Source: a virus
Taxonomy: Duplodnaviria > Caudoviricetes
Reading direction: 5' to 3' (one strand)
Length of the DNA stretch: 35,519 nucleotides
IMG/VR virus record: IMGVR_UViG_3300020045_010913
Location: 1 to 35,519 of that record
The position numbers and the translations under genes are program-made. Below the pieces are notes generated by a model. That model had not been told where the DNA came from. It ran no database searches and saw only the letters and a list, made by a program, of their open reading frames with translations. Positions 26,809 to 34,594 of this stretch are shown here, piece by piece; the first letter of the stretch is position 1, and the number at the start of each line of letters is the position of its first letter.

Positions 26809-27093
26809 ATGATGGCCATTCACTACGCCAATTACGAGAAATTCAGCAAGGGGCAGGGGTTCGTCGGTGCGCTGTGCCGGCCTGTCAGCGCCATGGCGGT
26901 CAGTGCGCGATGGCTGGCGGTGGACTGCGCTGACTGCCGGAGCGCCATCGTTGGTCGCTTGGTGCGCCACGTGTACGGCGGATCCGCCGTACCGGTTCGC
27001 GAAGTGTCGAGTCAGGGGGTCACGGTGGGATCGTTGCTCGTGACGTGGGACATGGCATGGGACGCATTTGATCGCAACTGGGCGCCGGCATGA
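26809..27093 (+). CDS. Hypothetical Zn-finger-like protein (IHY...ALC...VDCADC)
   Basis: H...C...CxxC motif; SD GGAGG. Confidence 0.65.
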   Translation: MMAIHYANYEKFSKGQGFVGALCRPVSAMAVSARWLAVDCADCRSAIVGRLVRHVYGGSAVPVREVSSQGVTVGSLLVTWDMAWDAFDRNWAPA

Positions 27094-27293
27094 GCGCGAA
27101 GCTGGGTATCTACTTCATTCCGGGGGAGCGCGCATGGCGCGAAGCCGGCGACGAAGCCAGAGAGCGCGCCAGGGAGCACGTCAGGAGCGCCGTCGAGCGC
27201 GAAGGCCTGACTCTTGTCTCGCCGGTCCCGTCGGACCTGGTGATCGGCGACAGGCAGTGCGGTTGGCAATGGACCGCGAGGGAGAGACGATGA
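27090..27293 (+). CDS. Hypothetical protein (67 aa)
   Basis: ATGA overlaps at both ends. Confidence 0.6.
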   Translation: MSAKLGIYFIPGERAWREAGDEARERAREHVRSAVEREGLTLVSPVPSDLVIGDRQCGWQWTARERR

Positions 27294-27451
27294 AGCGGCG
27301 AGACGGATGGGATGCGAGCAAGGCTGAGGGCGGAGCATGGAGCGCCGAATCCCGCAGCGATGGCGAGCGGTGGCAACCGATCAAGGATGCCGCGCAAGAG
27401 GCAGGCAGGAGGGCACGCAGAATCTGGCGCTCGCGAGATGAGCGCGACTGA
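27290..27451 (+). CDS. 53-aa charged protein
   Basis: ATGA overlap, SD GGGAG, followed by a hairpin. Confidence 0.55.
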   Translation: MKRRDGWDASKAEGGAWSAESRSDGERWQPIKDAAQEAGRRARRIWRSRDERD

Positions 27452-27464
27452 TCGGCTAGACAAT

Positions 27465-27494
27465 CGGGCGCGCACCCAGTTGGGTGCGCGCCCG
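27465..27494. terminator. Hairpin (left copy of mirror pair)
   Basis: CGGGCGCGCACCCA-GT-TGGGTGCGCGCCCG. Confidence 0.75.
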
Positions 27495-27563
27495 TTCTCG
27501 TGTTGTTCGCGGTGCGCCCCGACAGTTCTTGCGCCTGCGATTCGTGCGCGCTAGACTCGAAGC

Positions 27564-27938
27564 ATGAGTAAATCTGAAGAGCAGAACGGGCGCACGAGGA
27601 TCACGCTGCCGCTATCGGAGTCGGAGCGCGCCGAAATCAGCAGGGCGATCAAGGTACGTGATGCGGCATGGGCCGAGTACGGCAGGGTGCGCGATACGGC
27701 ATGGGTCGAGTACGAAAAGGTGCGCGATGCGGCATGGGCCGAGTGCGGTAGCGATCTTGCGGCATGGGTCTGGGGTACATATAGCCGTGACTTTCCCGAC
27801 GAAGCAGACTTCGTCCTTGACGCGCTTGCGAGTGGTGCGAACCTGGATGACCTTCGGGAGCTGGCGAGACTGGATGACTGGTGTTCCTCATGGTCCGATG
27901 CTCTGCATGCGGCTACGGAACGGTTCGGCCTGAGCTGA
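27564..27938 (+). CDS. Hendecad-repeat paralog 1 (124 aa, 3 repeats), leaderless
   Basis: TTGCGC-17-TAGACT-6-ATG; three 33-nt repeats at 27651-27749. Confidence 0.85.
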   Translation: MSKSEEQNGRTRITLPLSESERAEISRAIKVRDAAWAEYGRVRDTAWVEYEKVRDAAWAECGSDLAAWVWGTYSRDFPDEADFVLDALASGANLDDLRELARLDDWCSSWSDALHAATERFGLS

Positions 27939-27949
27939 GCCCAGCTGTC

Positions 27950-27983
27950 AACGAGCGCGCACCCAACTGGGTGCGCGCTCGTT
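27950..27983. terminator. Hairpin (right copy of mirror pair)
   Basis: AACGAGCGCGCACCCA-AC-TGGGTGCGCGCTCGTT. Confidence 0.75.
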
Positions 27984-28000
27984 ACTGTTACGCTCCGAGC

Positions 28001-28300
28001 ATGGTGACACTGGGCGCGCTACTCAGCGAGAGAGACGCATCGATCGCACTCAAGCCGTTGCGCGCGTCGGCCAGAGTTGCGCGCGCTGTGCGCGCGTTCG
28101 CGCTCTCGACGCGCGCTCGCGGTGCGCGCGTTCTCGCTCTCATGCTGTCCGCACTGGCGATCGTGGTGCGCGCGCTCACTCGTCACGGTCTGGTACTCGC
28201 CGGCCTCTCGTTGTTCGTTCTGGCCGCGTGGCAGCACAGTGTCATGGCAGCGTTGATCGTCGGTGGGTTGTCCGCGTTCTTCCTGGAAGCGCGCCGCTAG
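28001..28300 (+). CDS. Membrane protein of the pre-portal type, leaderless
   Basis: TGTTACGCT-6-ATG; C-terminal TM hairpin ending FFLEARR. Confidence 0.7.
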   Translation: MVTLGALLSERDASIALKPLRASARVARAVRAFALSTRARGARVLALMLSALAIVVRALTRHGLVLAGLSLFVLAAWQHSVMAALIVGGLSAFFLEARR

Positions 28301-28338
28301 TTCTTGCACTTGCGATTTGTGCGCGCTAGACTCGATGC

Positions 28339-28854
28339 ATGACTGAGGTTCAGGAACAGAACGGGCGCACGAAGATCACGCTGCCGTTGTCGGAGTCGGA
28401 GCGCGCCGGCATCAGTAGGGCATTCAAAGCACGTGACACAGCTCTGGACGAATACGAAAGGGCGTACGACGCGGCGAGGGATGCGCTGAGCGACGCGCGG
28501 CGTGCAGCCCACGCCGCGTACGGTACGGAGTGCGGCACGGCGTACGCCGCATATCTCAAAGCTTCCGTCGCGGCGCATGCCAGGTACAACGAGGCTTCCG
28601 ACGCGGCATGGGCTAAGTGCGCCAGGGCGTGTAACGCAGCATTCGCGGACTGTGGTAGTGAGCTCGCGGGGTGGGTCTGGCGCGCGTATGGCGAGGATTA
28701 CACCTGTCAGGCGATTGACGTTCTCAACGCGCTGGCAGAGGGCGCGAACCTGAACGAGCTTCGAGAGATGGCGGAGGAGCAACACTGGTGTGGCGTGTGG
28801 GATGAAGCGCTGCGCGTGGCAATGGAGCGGTTCGATCTAGAGGCCCGTCGCTAG
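28339..28854 (+). CDS. Hendecad-repeat paralog 2 (171 aa, 7 repeats), leaderless
   Basis: TTGCAC-17-TAGACT-6-ATG; N- and C-termini shared with paralogs 1 and 3. Confidence 0.85.
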   Translation: MTEVQEQNGRTKITLPLSESERAGISRAFKARDTALDEYERAYDAARDALSDARRAAHAAYGTECGTAYAAYLKASVAAHARYNEASDAAWAKCARACNAAFADCGSELAGWVWRAYGEDYTCQAIDVLNALAEGANLNELREMAEEQHWCGVWDEALRVAMERFDLEARR

Positions 28855-28892
28855 TTCTTGCACTTGCGATTCGTGCGCGCTAGACTCGATGC

Positions 28893-29384
28893 ATGACTGA
28901 GGTTCAGGAACAGAACGGGCGCACGAAGATCACGCTGCCGTTGTCGGAGTCGGAGCGCGCCGAAATCAGCAGGGCGCTTGAAGCGATGGACGCGGCCCTT
29001 GCCGAACGCGGAAGGGCGTACGGCAAGGCAAGGGAGGCACTGTGTCGCGCAGTGCGTGACACGGGGACACGCGATGCGGCGTACGCCGTACTTCTCGAAG
29101 CTTCCGTCGCGGCGCATGCCAGGTATAACGAGGCTTCCCTCGCGGCAGATGTCGCGTACCGCATGGCATGTGACGCAGCACTCGCGGACTGCGGTAGTGA
29201 GCTCGCGGGGTGGGTCTGGCGCGCGTATGGCGAGGATTACACCCGTCAGGTGATCGACGTCCTTGACGCGCTAGCTTCCGGCTCGGACCTGAGCGACCTT
29301 CGGGAGATGGCGGAAGAGCAGGGTTGGTGCGGCGTATGGGATAAGGCACTGCGCGCGGCGATGACGCGGTTCGACCTAACATGA
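28893..29384 (+). CDS. Hendecad-repeat paralog 3 (163 aa, about 6.5 repeats), leaderless
   Basis: Promoter and first 23 codons nearly identical to paralog 2 at an offset of 554 bp. Confidence 0.85.
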   Translation: MTEVQEQNGRTKITLPLSESERAEISRALEAMDAALAERGRAYGKAREALCRAVRDTGTRDAAYAVLLEASVAAHARYNEASLAADVAYRMACDAALADCGSELAGWVWRAYGEDYTRQVIDVLDALASGSDLSDLREMAEEQGWCGVWDKALRAAMTRFDLT

Positions 29385-29404
29385 CCTGAGCTGACCTGAG
29401 CAGC

Positions 29405-29449
29405 CAGCGAGCGCGCGTCCTACGGGATGCGCGCTCGCTGCTGTATGAT
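29405..29449 (+). terminator. Hairpin followed by -10 TATGAT
   Basis: 16-bp stem at 29405-29440; TATGAT at 29444-29449, 6 nt before the portal ATG. Confidence 0.7.
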
Positions 29450-29455
29450 CCGCTC

Positions 29456-30661
29456 ATGAGCATCAAGAGCCTGTTCGGCGGGATCGTCAACGAATCCCCC
29501 GTTCCGCTCACTTCGCGCTGGAGTGGCGCGCGGGGGATGCTCAGCGCTGGGGCGTTCGGGCGCGGTGACAAGCTGAACAACCTCGAGGCGCTCACTGCAA
29601 CCGCAACACTGTACGGTGTAGTTACCAAGCTGGCGCGCACGACGTCGCTGGTGGAGTGGGACCTGTGCCGCAAACCGAAGACACCCGGCGATGAACCCGT
29701 GCCACTTGCCGGCCGCGAGGCGGAGAACGCCGCGCCGCTGAAGGTGTGGCGCGACCCCAATACGCACATGGATCGCGCCTACTTCGTGGCAGGATCGCAG
29801 CAGCACAAGGAACTGTGCGGAGAGTTCTGGTGGGTTGTCCGCCGTTTCGCCGGCGTACCTGTCGAGATCTGGCCGGTTCGCCCCGACCGCATGTTCCCGA
29901 TTCCCAGTACCACGAAATTCATCGACGGCTACATGTACCGGACGCCTGATGGCGAAGAGGTGGCACTGCGTTCCGACGAAGTGATTTACTCATTCTCTCC
30001 TAGTTCAGATCCGTTCCGCGGCCAGTCCCCGATCGACGCACTCTCTGGTGACCTGTCCCAGTCCGTGGCTCAGGTCGAGTGGAACGCCTCGCTGTACCGC
30101 AACAGCGCCAACCCTGGCGGCATCATCAAGGTAGGCCGGCGGCTGGGCGAGTCTGAGTTTGAAGAGCTGGTTGATCGCTGGCGCATGCAGCATCAGGGCG
30201 TGCAGAACGCGGGCCGTGTGGCGGTCCTGGAAGAGGCGGACTTCACTCCGCTCAGCTACACGCAGAAGGATATGCAATTCGTTGAGTCGCGAGGCTTGAC
30301 ACGACAGTCGATCTTTGACGCGTACGGCTTTCCCAAGTTTGGCATCGGTGACGTCGACGACGTCAACCGCGCGAGCGCTGAGGCGTCGATGCTGATGATG
30401 GCGCAGACGCTCACCGTCCCCCGGCTGGAAGACCTACGCGGCGTACTTAACGGTCGCTTCCTGCCGATGTTCGGCCCGTTGTGGCGTGACTACGAATTCA
30501 ACTATCGCTCACCCGTTCCGCCCGATGCCGAGAGTCAGCGGCTCGATCTCGCCGCCCGGACGACAGCGTTCAAGACCCTGATCGACGCCGGAGTAAACCC
30601 CTCGGAGGCTGCTGAGGTGTGCAGCCTTCCGCCGATGGGTGTCCGCGAGGTACAGCCGTGA
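29456..30661 (+). CDS. Portal protein (HK97 family)
   Basis: Motifs IWPVRPDRM, FRGQSPI, N.ANPGGII, NAGRVAVLE and KDMQFVE.R. Confidence 0.95.
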   Translation: MSIKSLFGGIVNESPVPLTSRWSGARGMLSAGAFGRGDKLNNLEALTATATLYGVVTKLARTTSLVEWDLCRKPKTPGDEPVPLAGREAENAAPLKVWRDPNTHMDRAYFVAGSQQHKELCGEFWWVVRRFAGVPVEIWPVRPDRMFPIPSTTKFIDGYMYRTPDGEEVALRSDEVIYSFSPSSDPFRGQSPIDALSGDLSQSVAQVEWNASLYRNSANPGGIIKVGRRLGESEFEELVDRWRMQHQGVQNAGRVAVLEEADFTPLSYTQKDMQFVESRGLTRQSIFDAYGFPKFGIGDVDDVNRASAEASMLMMAQTLTVPRLEDLRGVLNGRFLPMFGPLWRDYEFNYRSPVPPDAESQRLDLAARTTAFKTLIDAGVNPSEAAEVCSLPPMGVREVQP

Positions 30662-30894
30662 GCCGATTCCTAAGCGGACTGTGCGGCCAGATCGAGGCGG
30701 CGATGCGCTGGAAAGTCAAGGCGCTTTCAGACAGTAGTGTGTGTGAACCCTGTAAACGCAACGACGGTAAGCTGTACCGCAACAGGACGTCAGCGTATGC
30801 TGACTATCCAGGTGGACGCGGTTACATCAAGTGCGTCGGGGCGCAGTACGGGAACAAGTGCCGATGCACTGTGACGAAACGGCGGAGTGAATGA
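30658..30894 (+). CDS. Small Cys-rich head-region protein (resembles the MuF C-terminal motif)
   Basis: W....D..VCEPC...DG...C.G...NKCRC; lies between portal and protease. Confidence 0.6.
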   Translation: MSRFLSGLCGQIEAAMRWKVKALSDSSVCEPCKRNDGKLYRNRTSAYADYPGGRGYIKCVGAQYGNKCRCTVTKRRSE

Positions 30895-31715
30895 ACAAGC
30901 GTAGGCGCGCCATCCTCGACTCGCTCATGCCGGCTGTCGACTTCGCGATGTCTGCGCCCGGCCCCGTTCGTGCTCTGGCCGACGTGACAGGGCTTTCCGT
31001 TACCGCGAGGGTCACCGCTGAGGCGCCTGCCGAGATCATGATCTATGGGCGTATCGGTGGGTCGATCTGGCTGGAAGACTCCATCCAGCCAGCGGACATC
31101 GCGAACGCGCTTGCTGTGATCGGGCCGGGCCCCGTGAACGTGCGGATCAACTCCGGCGGTGGGGACGTGTTCGCGGGTGTGGCGATCCATTCGCTTCTTG
31201 CGCGCCATCCCGGAGTGGTGACCGCCTACATCGATGGTCTGGCCGCGAGCGCGGCATCGTTCATCATGCTGGCCGCTGACATCGTGCACGTGGCGCGCAA
31301 CGCCATGATCATGATCCATGACGGTATGACTGGAGTGTTCGGAAACCGCGATCGCCTGATGCGCGCCGTTGACCTGCTCGACAAGGTATCGGACAACATC
31401 GCGGACATGTATGCGGAGCGTGCCGGAGAGGACGCGGCGTACTGGCGCGCGAAGATGCTGGAGAATGGCGAGGATGGCGTCTGGTATACGGGCCGCGAGG
31501 CTCTTGACGCCGGTCTCGTTGACCAGGTCAGTGGCGAGGATGATGACCCTGATGAGGATGACCGTGTCGACAACTTCCTTCAAGGGTGGGTCAACATCCT
31601 GCCTGAAGAGGTAGTGGCGCGCCTCAATCGTCAGCCAGTTCAGGAACAGAAGGAATCGCCCGTCGCGTTGGACGTGGCGCAACTCACGAACATGATGAAA
31701 GAGGTATTCGCGTGA
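30891..31715 (+). CDS. ClpP-like prohead protease
   Basis: Motifs INSGGGDVF, DGLAASAASFI and MIMIHD. Confidence 0.92.
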   Translation: MNKRRRAILDSLMPAVDFAMSAPGPVRALADVTGLSVTARVTAEAPAEIMIYGRIGGSIWLEDSIQPADIANALAVIGPGPVNVRINSGGGDVFAGVAIHSLLARHPGVVTAYIDGLAASAASFIMLAADIVHVARNAMIMIHDGMTGVFGNRDRLMRAVDLLDKVSDNIADMYAERAGEDAAYWRAKMLENGEDGVWYTGREALDAGLVDQVSGEDDDPDEDDRVDNFLQGWVNILPEEVVARLNRQPVQEQKESPVALDVAQLTNMMKEVFA

Positions 31716-33070
31716 GCACTCGCGCACTTCCGAAGAATGCGGCGGACTGGTCTTCCTACTTGGAGACTCTCGACGCTCCCGAAAAGTTCACGGCGGCGAT
31801 GAACGATGGTTCCTTCAAGGAGAACCTGAACGCATACGTCACCGCCGAAACGGCGGAGCGCGCGGACATGAGTGAGCAGATCAAGGCCTTCACTCAGTCC
31901 GCCCTGGTGGACATGTTCCGTGACAACGGCATCAAGGCCGACAAGTCCGGCGCGGCGCTGCTGAACGGCGCGCTTCTAGCCGGCAAGAAGGTTCGGCCCT
32001 CCAGCCGCATCAAGGCGCCAGGCGCGGCGCTCGATGGCACGTTCGGTGACGTCGGCGACTTCGTCAACACGGTGTGGCACGGCAACCGCAATCCTACGGC
32101 GGAGCAGCGCGCCAACCTGGAGATCATCAACGGGTACAGCACCAAGGTCCCCGACGCCGGTGGCTTCCTGGTTCCTGAAGAGTTCCGTCAGGAACTGCTG
32201 ATGCTGGAACTGGAGGCGTCGATCGTGAAGCCTCGTGCCACCGTTATCCCGATGTCCAGCTCTTCGCTGACGTTCCCGACGGTGGACGCGACGTCGAACG
32301 CATCGAGTGTGTTCGGCGGCGTGGTCGTCTACCGCAAGGCTGAGGGTGAGGACTTCGTCGAGTCTCAGGCGAAGTTCGGAAAGGTCAAGCTCGACCTGAC
32401 CAAACAGACTGCACTCGCCTACGTCACCAACGACACCATCCGTGACGGCGGTGGCGCGCTCACCGCGTTCCTGAACGCTGCCATGCCTTCCGCGATGGCG
32501 TACTACGAGGATGTCGACTACCTCACCGGTACCGGCGCCGGCGAACCCATGGGCGCGCTCGCTACTCAGAATGAGGCGTTGCTGGTGGTGGCCAAAGAGG
32601 CCAACCAGACGCCGGCAACCATCGGGTGGGAGAACGTGCTGCGCATGTACTCCCGCATGCTGCCTGGTTCGCTTGCTCGCGCGGTGTGGCTCGCGTCGCC
32701 GGACACGTTCGTCGAGCTGGCCACCATGGCGCTGAGCGTCGGCACGGGCGGTAGCGCGGTGTGGATCACTGACGCGTCCGGCACTCCGACGCTGACCCTC
32801 CTGGGCCGGCCTGTCATCATGACGGAGAAAGCGCCGGGTGTTCTCGGCAGCCAGGGCGACCTGAGCCTGATCGACTTTGGTTTCTACCTGGTGGGTCAGT
32901 CCGACGCGATGAGCCTCGAAACGTCCCCGCACGTCAAGTTCATCTCTGACCAGACGACCATCCGTGTGATCCAGCACAACGACGGGCGTCCGTGGATCGC
33001 GTCCCCGATCACTCCCAAGAACGGTGGGCCCACCCTCTCTCCGATGGTGACCCTGGGAGCGCGTATCTGA
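31712..33070 (+). CDS. Major capsid protein (HK97 fold)
   Basis: Motifs GGFLVPEEF, LTGTGAGEP.G and TLLGRPV; follows the protease. Confidence 0.95.
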   Translation: MSTRALPKNAADWSSYLETLDAPEKFTAAMNDGSFKENLNAYVTAETAERADMSEQIKAFTQSALVDMFRDNGIKADKSGAALLNGALLAGKKVRPSSRIKAPGAALDGTFGDVGDFVNTVWHGNRNPTAEQRANLEIINGYSTKVPDAGGFLVPEEFRQELLMLELEASIVKPRATVIPMSSSSLTFPTVDATSNASSVFGGVVVYRKAEGEDFVESQAKFGKVKLDLTKQTALAYVTNDTIRDGGGALTAFLNAAMPSAMAYYEDVDYLTGTGAGEPMGALATQNEALLVVAKEANQTPATIGWENVLRMYSRMLPGSLARAVWLASPDTFVELATMALSVGTGGSAVWITDASGTPTLTLLGRPVIMTEKAPGVLGSQGDLSLIDFGFYLVGQSDAMSLETSPHVKFISDQTTIRVIQHNDGRPWIASPITPKNGGPTLSPMVTLGARI

Positions 33071-33099
33071 TAGTGCTACTCTGTGCGCGCCCCGCATGA

Positions 33100-33140
33100 C
33101 AGCAACGCCCCACACCTCAGTCAGGTGTGGGGCGTTGCTG
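33100..33140. terminator. Bidirectional terminator after the capsid gene
   Basis: 18-bp perfect stem with a 5-nt loop, between convergent genes. Confidence 0.85.
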
Positions 33141-33144
33141 CGTT

Positions 33145-33279
33145 CTAGTCCCGTTTGCGTGTCGCTCGATCGCGCTTGGTTTCTCGTGCTTTCTCTGCTG
33201 CTTGCGCGTTCTCTGTGTTCATGCGTTCGAGCTCAGCCATGTCCGCGCGCGTGAGCCGTCGCCCCGTCTTGTCCTTCAT
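33145..33279 (-). CDS. 44-aa charged protein
   Basis: ATGA overlap; SD GAGGTG. Confidence 0.5.
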   Translation of the reverse strand: MKDKTGRRLTRADMAELERMNTENAQAAEKARETKRDRATRKRD

Positions 33280-33518
33280 CGGATCGTCACCTCGACGTCC
33301 GGGTCCATTGCCGCTAGATGCAGGATCAGCGCTCTCCGATCGTCCCGATCGAGGTACGCGGACGGGGCCTCTGGGCAGAATGAGCAGCCATTCATCTCGA
33401 ACGTTACTTCGTTGCTGGAGTCCAATTGACTCACATACAGCGACACGCCGAATCGAGGATGTTCCAAGCTGATCGCCCCTGGCCCCCATACTCCCTTACT
33501 GACCACCATTGTTTTCAC
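33276..33518 (-). CDS. Hypothetical protein (80 aa)
   Basis: GTGA overlap with the upstream gene. Confidence 0.6.
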   Translation of the reverse strand: MKTMVVSKGVWGPGAISLEHPRFGVSLYVSQLDSSNEVTFEMNGCSFCPEAPSAYLDRDDRRALILHLAAMDPDVEVTIR

Positions 33519-34090
33519 TCCTCACCTAGTGACGTCACTGTCTTCCAGCGCAGAGGCTCTCGCATCCCAGTTCGACGCTCCTCCTCTTGCATGGCTTCCC
33601 CGTGCGCCCCATCTCGCACGGCCTGTTTCGCTTGCTGGATCGTCACCCCCTTGCGCGATATCACGGCTCGTTGCCACTGACGGCGCTGCCTCGCGGCAGC
33701 GAGCAGGCTCTTGCATGTCTGGCACGTGACGTCCGGTTCTTCGCTGACGAGTCGGTCAGTCGAGTACACCGCGCCGCAAACCGCGAGAGCGCGACTGGAC
33801 GGGATTCGGTAGTGCGCGGTGGATGCGTGCGCCTCACCCCGCGTGGCTTCCTCGTGCAGCTCATCAAGCGTGTACACGCGGTAGCAGCTCTCGGCCAGAG
33901 CGATCTGTGCGACCTCACGTCCCAGTGCGGTCCATCGGTGATCGCGGCCAACGAGTCCACGGCTCATGAGCGCAACGACCGTGTTCGTGTGACCGAGAAC
34001 GCGGGAACTGTTCGCGTTGGTGTACCCCGTCGCGAGCGCCGCGATCATCGGCTTTGTTAGCTTGCGCGCGATAGCTTCAGGACTCGTCAT
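33515..34090 (-). CDS. Winged-helix-like plus Zn-finger-like protein
   Basis: Motifs TVVALMSRGLV....WTALG and H...AVCG...VTCQTC. Own promoter TTGCGC-17-TAGTGT (34162-34134). Confidence 0.65.
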   Translation of the reverse strand: MTSPEAIARKLTKPMIAALATGYTNANSSRVLGHTNTVVALMSRGLVGRDHRWTALGREVAQIALAESCYRVYTLDELHEEATRGEAHASTAHYRIPSSRALAVCGAVYSTDRLVSEEPDVTCQTCKSLLAAARQRRQWQRAVISRKGVTIQQAKQAVRDGAHGEAMQEEERRTGMREPLRWKTVTSLGEE

Positions 34091-34213
34091 CGTCTGCCCC
34101 ACTCCCTGGTTCGCTCTCTCACTTACAAGTCAAACACTAGTCGGCGATTCGTCGATGCGCAATACTTTCGCGCATGATTCTTTGACGTCTCAACTCTGAT
34201 AGGATCCACGCCC

Positions 34214-34594
34214 ATGAACATCAAGAGGACCGTCTCCGCTCTGGCCGCTGGCGCACTCGCCGGCACGCTCGCACTCGCTACGCCCGCGCACGCGGCATGG
34301 TCGGATTGCACCAACTACGCGGGTACCTTCTGCCTGTTCGCCAACGCGAACGGCGGCAATCCGATCTGGAGGCAGACCCCCGCTCAGGTCGGGACCTGTC
34401 GCAACCTCGCCGCTGAAGGCTGGAACGACACTGTCACCAGCATGCGGAACATGTCGAGTACGTACGTGATCCGCCTCTGGCAGAACTCCGACTGCACGGG
34501 TGGGCCCGTCGAAGTCCTGTACGGCTACAACTATGACCTGACAGGCAACGCGTGGAATGACCAGTTCAGTGCTATCAGTAAGCGCTTCGCCTGA
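34214..34594 (+). CDS. Secreted peptidase-inhibitor I36 / beta-gamma-crystallin-like protein
   Basis: Sec signal ending PAHA; C...FCLF.N.N; WNDTVTSMRN; LWQNSDCTG; second WNDQFSAI repeat. Confidence 0.8.
   Translation: MNIKRTVSALAAGALAGTLALATPAHAAWSDCTNYAGTFCLFANANGGNPIWRQTPAQVGTCRNLAAEGWNDTVTSMRNMSSTYVIRLWQNSDCTGGPVEVLYGYNYDLTGNAWNDQFSAISKRFA

Noticed and set aside
27564-29384. Paralogs as a diversity-generating retroelement
   Set aside because: No reverse transcriptase in the window, the differences are not adenine-specific, and all three copies are intact genes.
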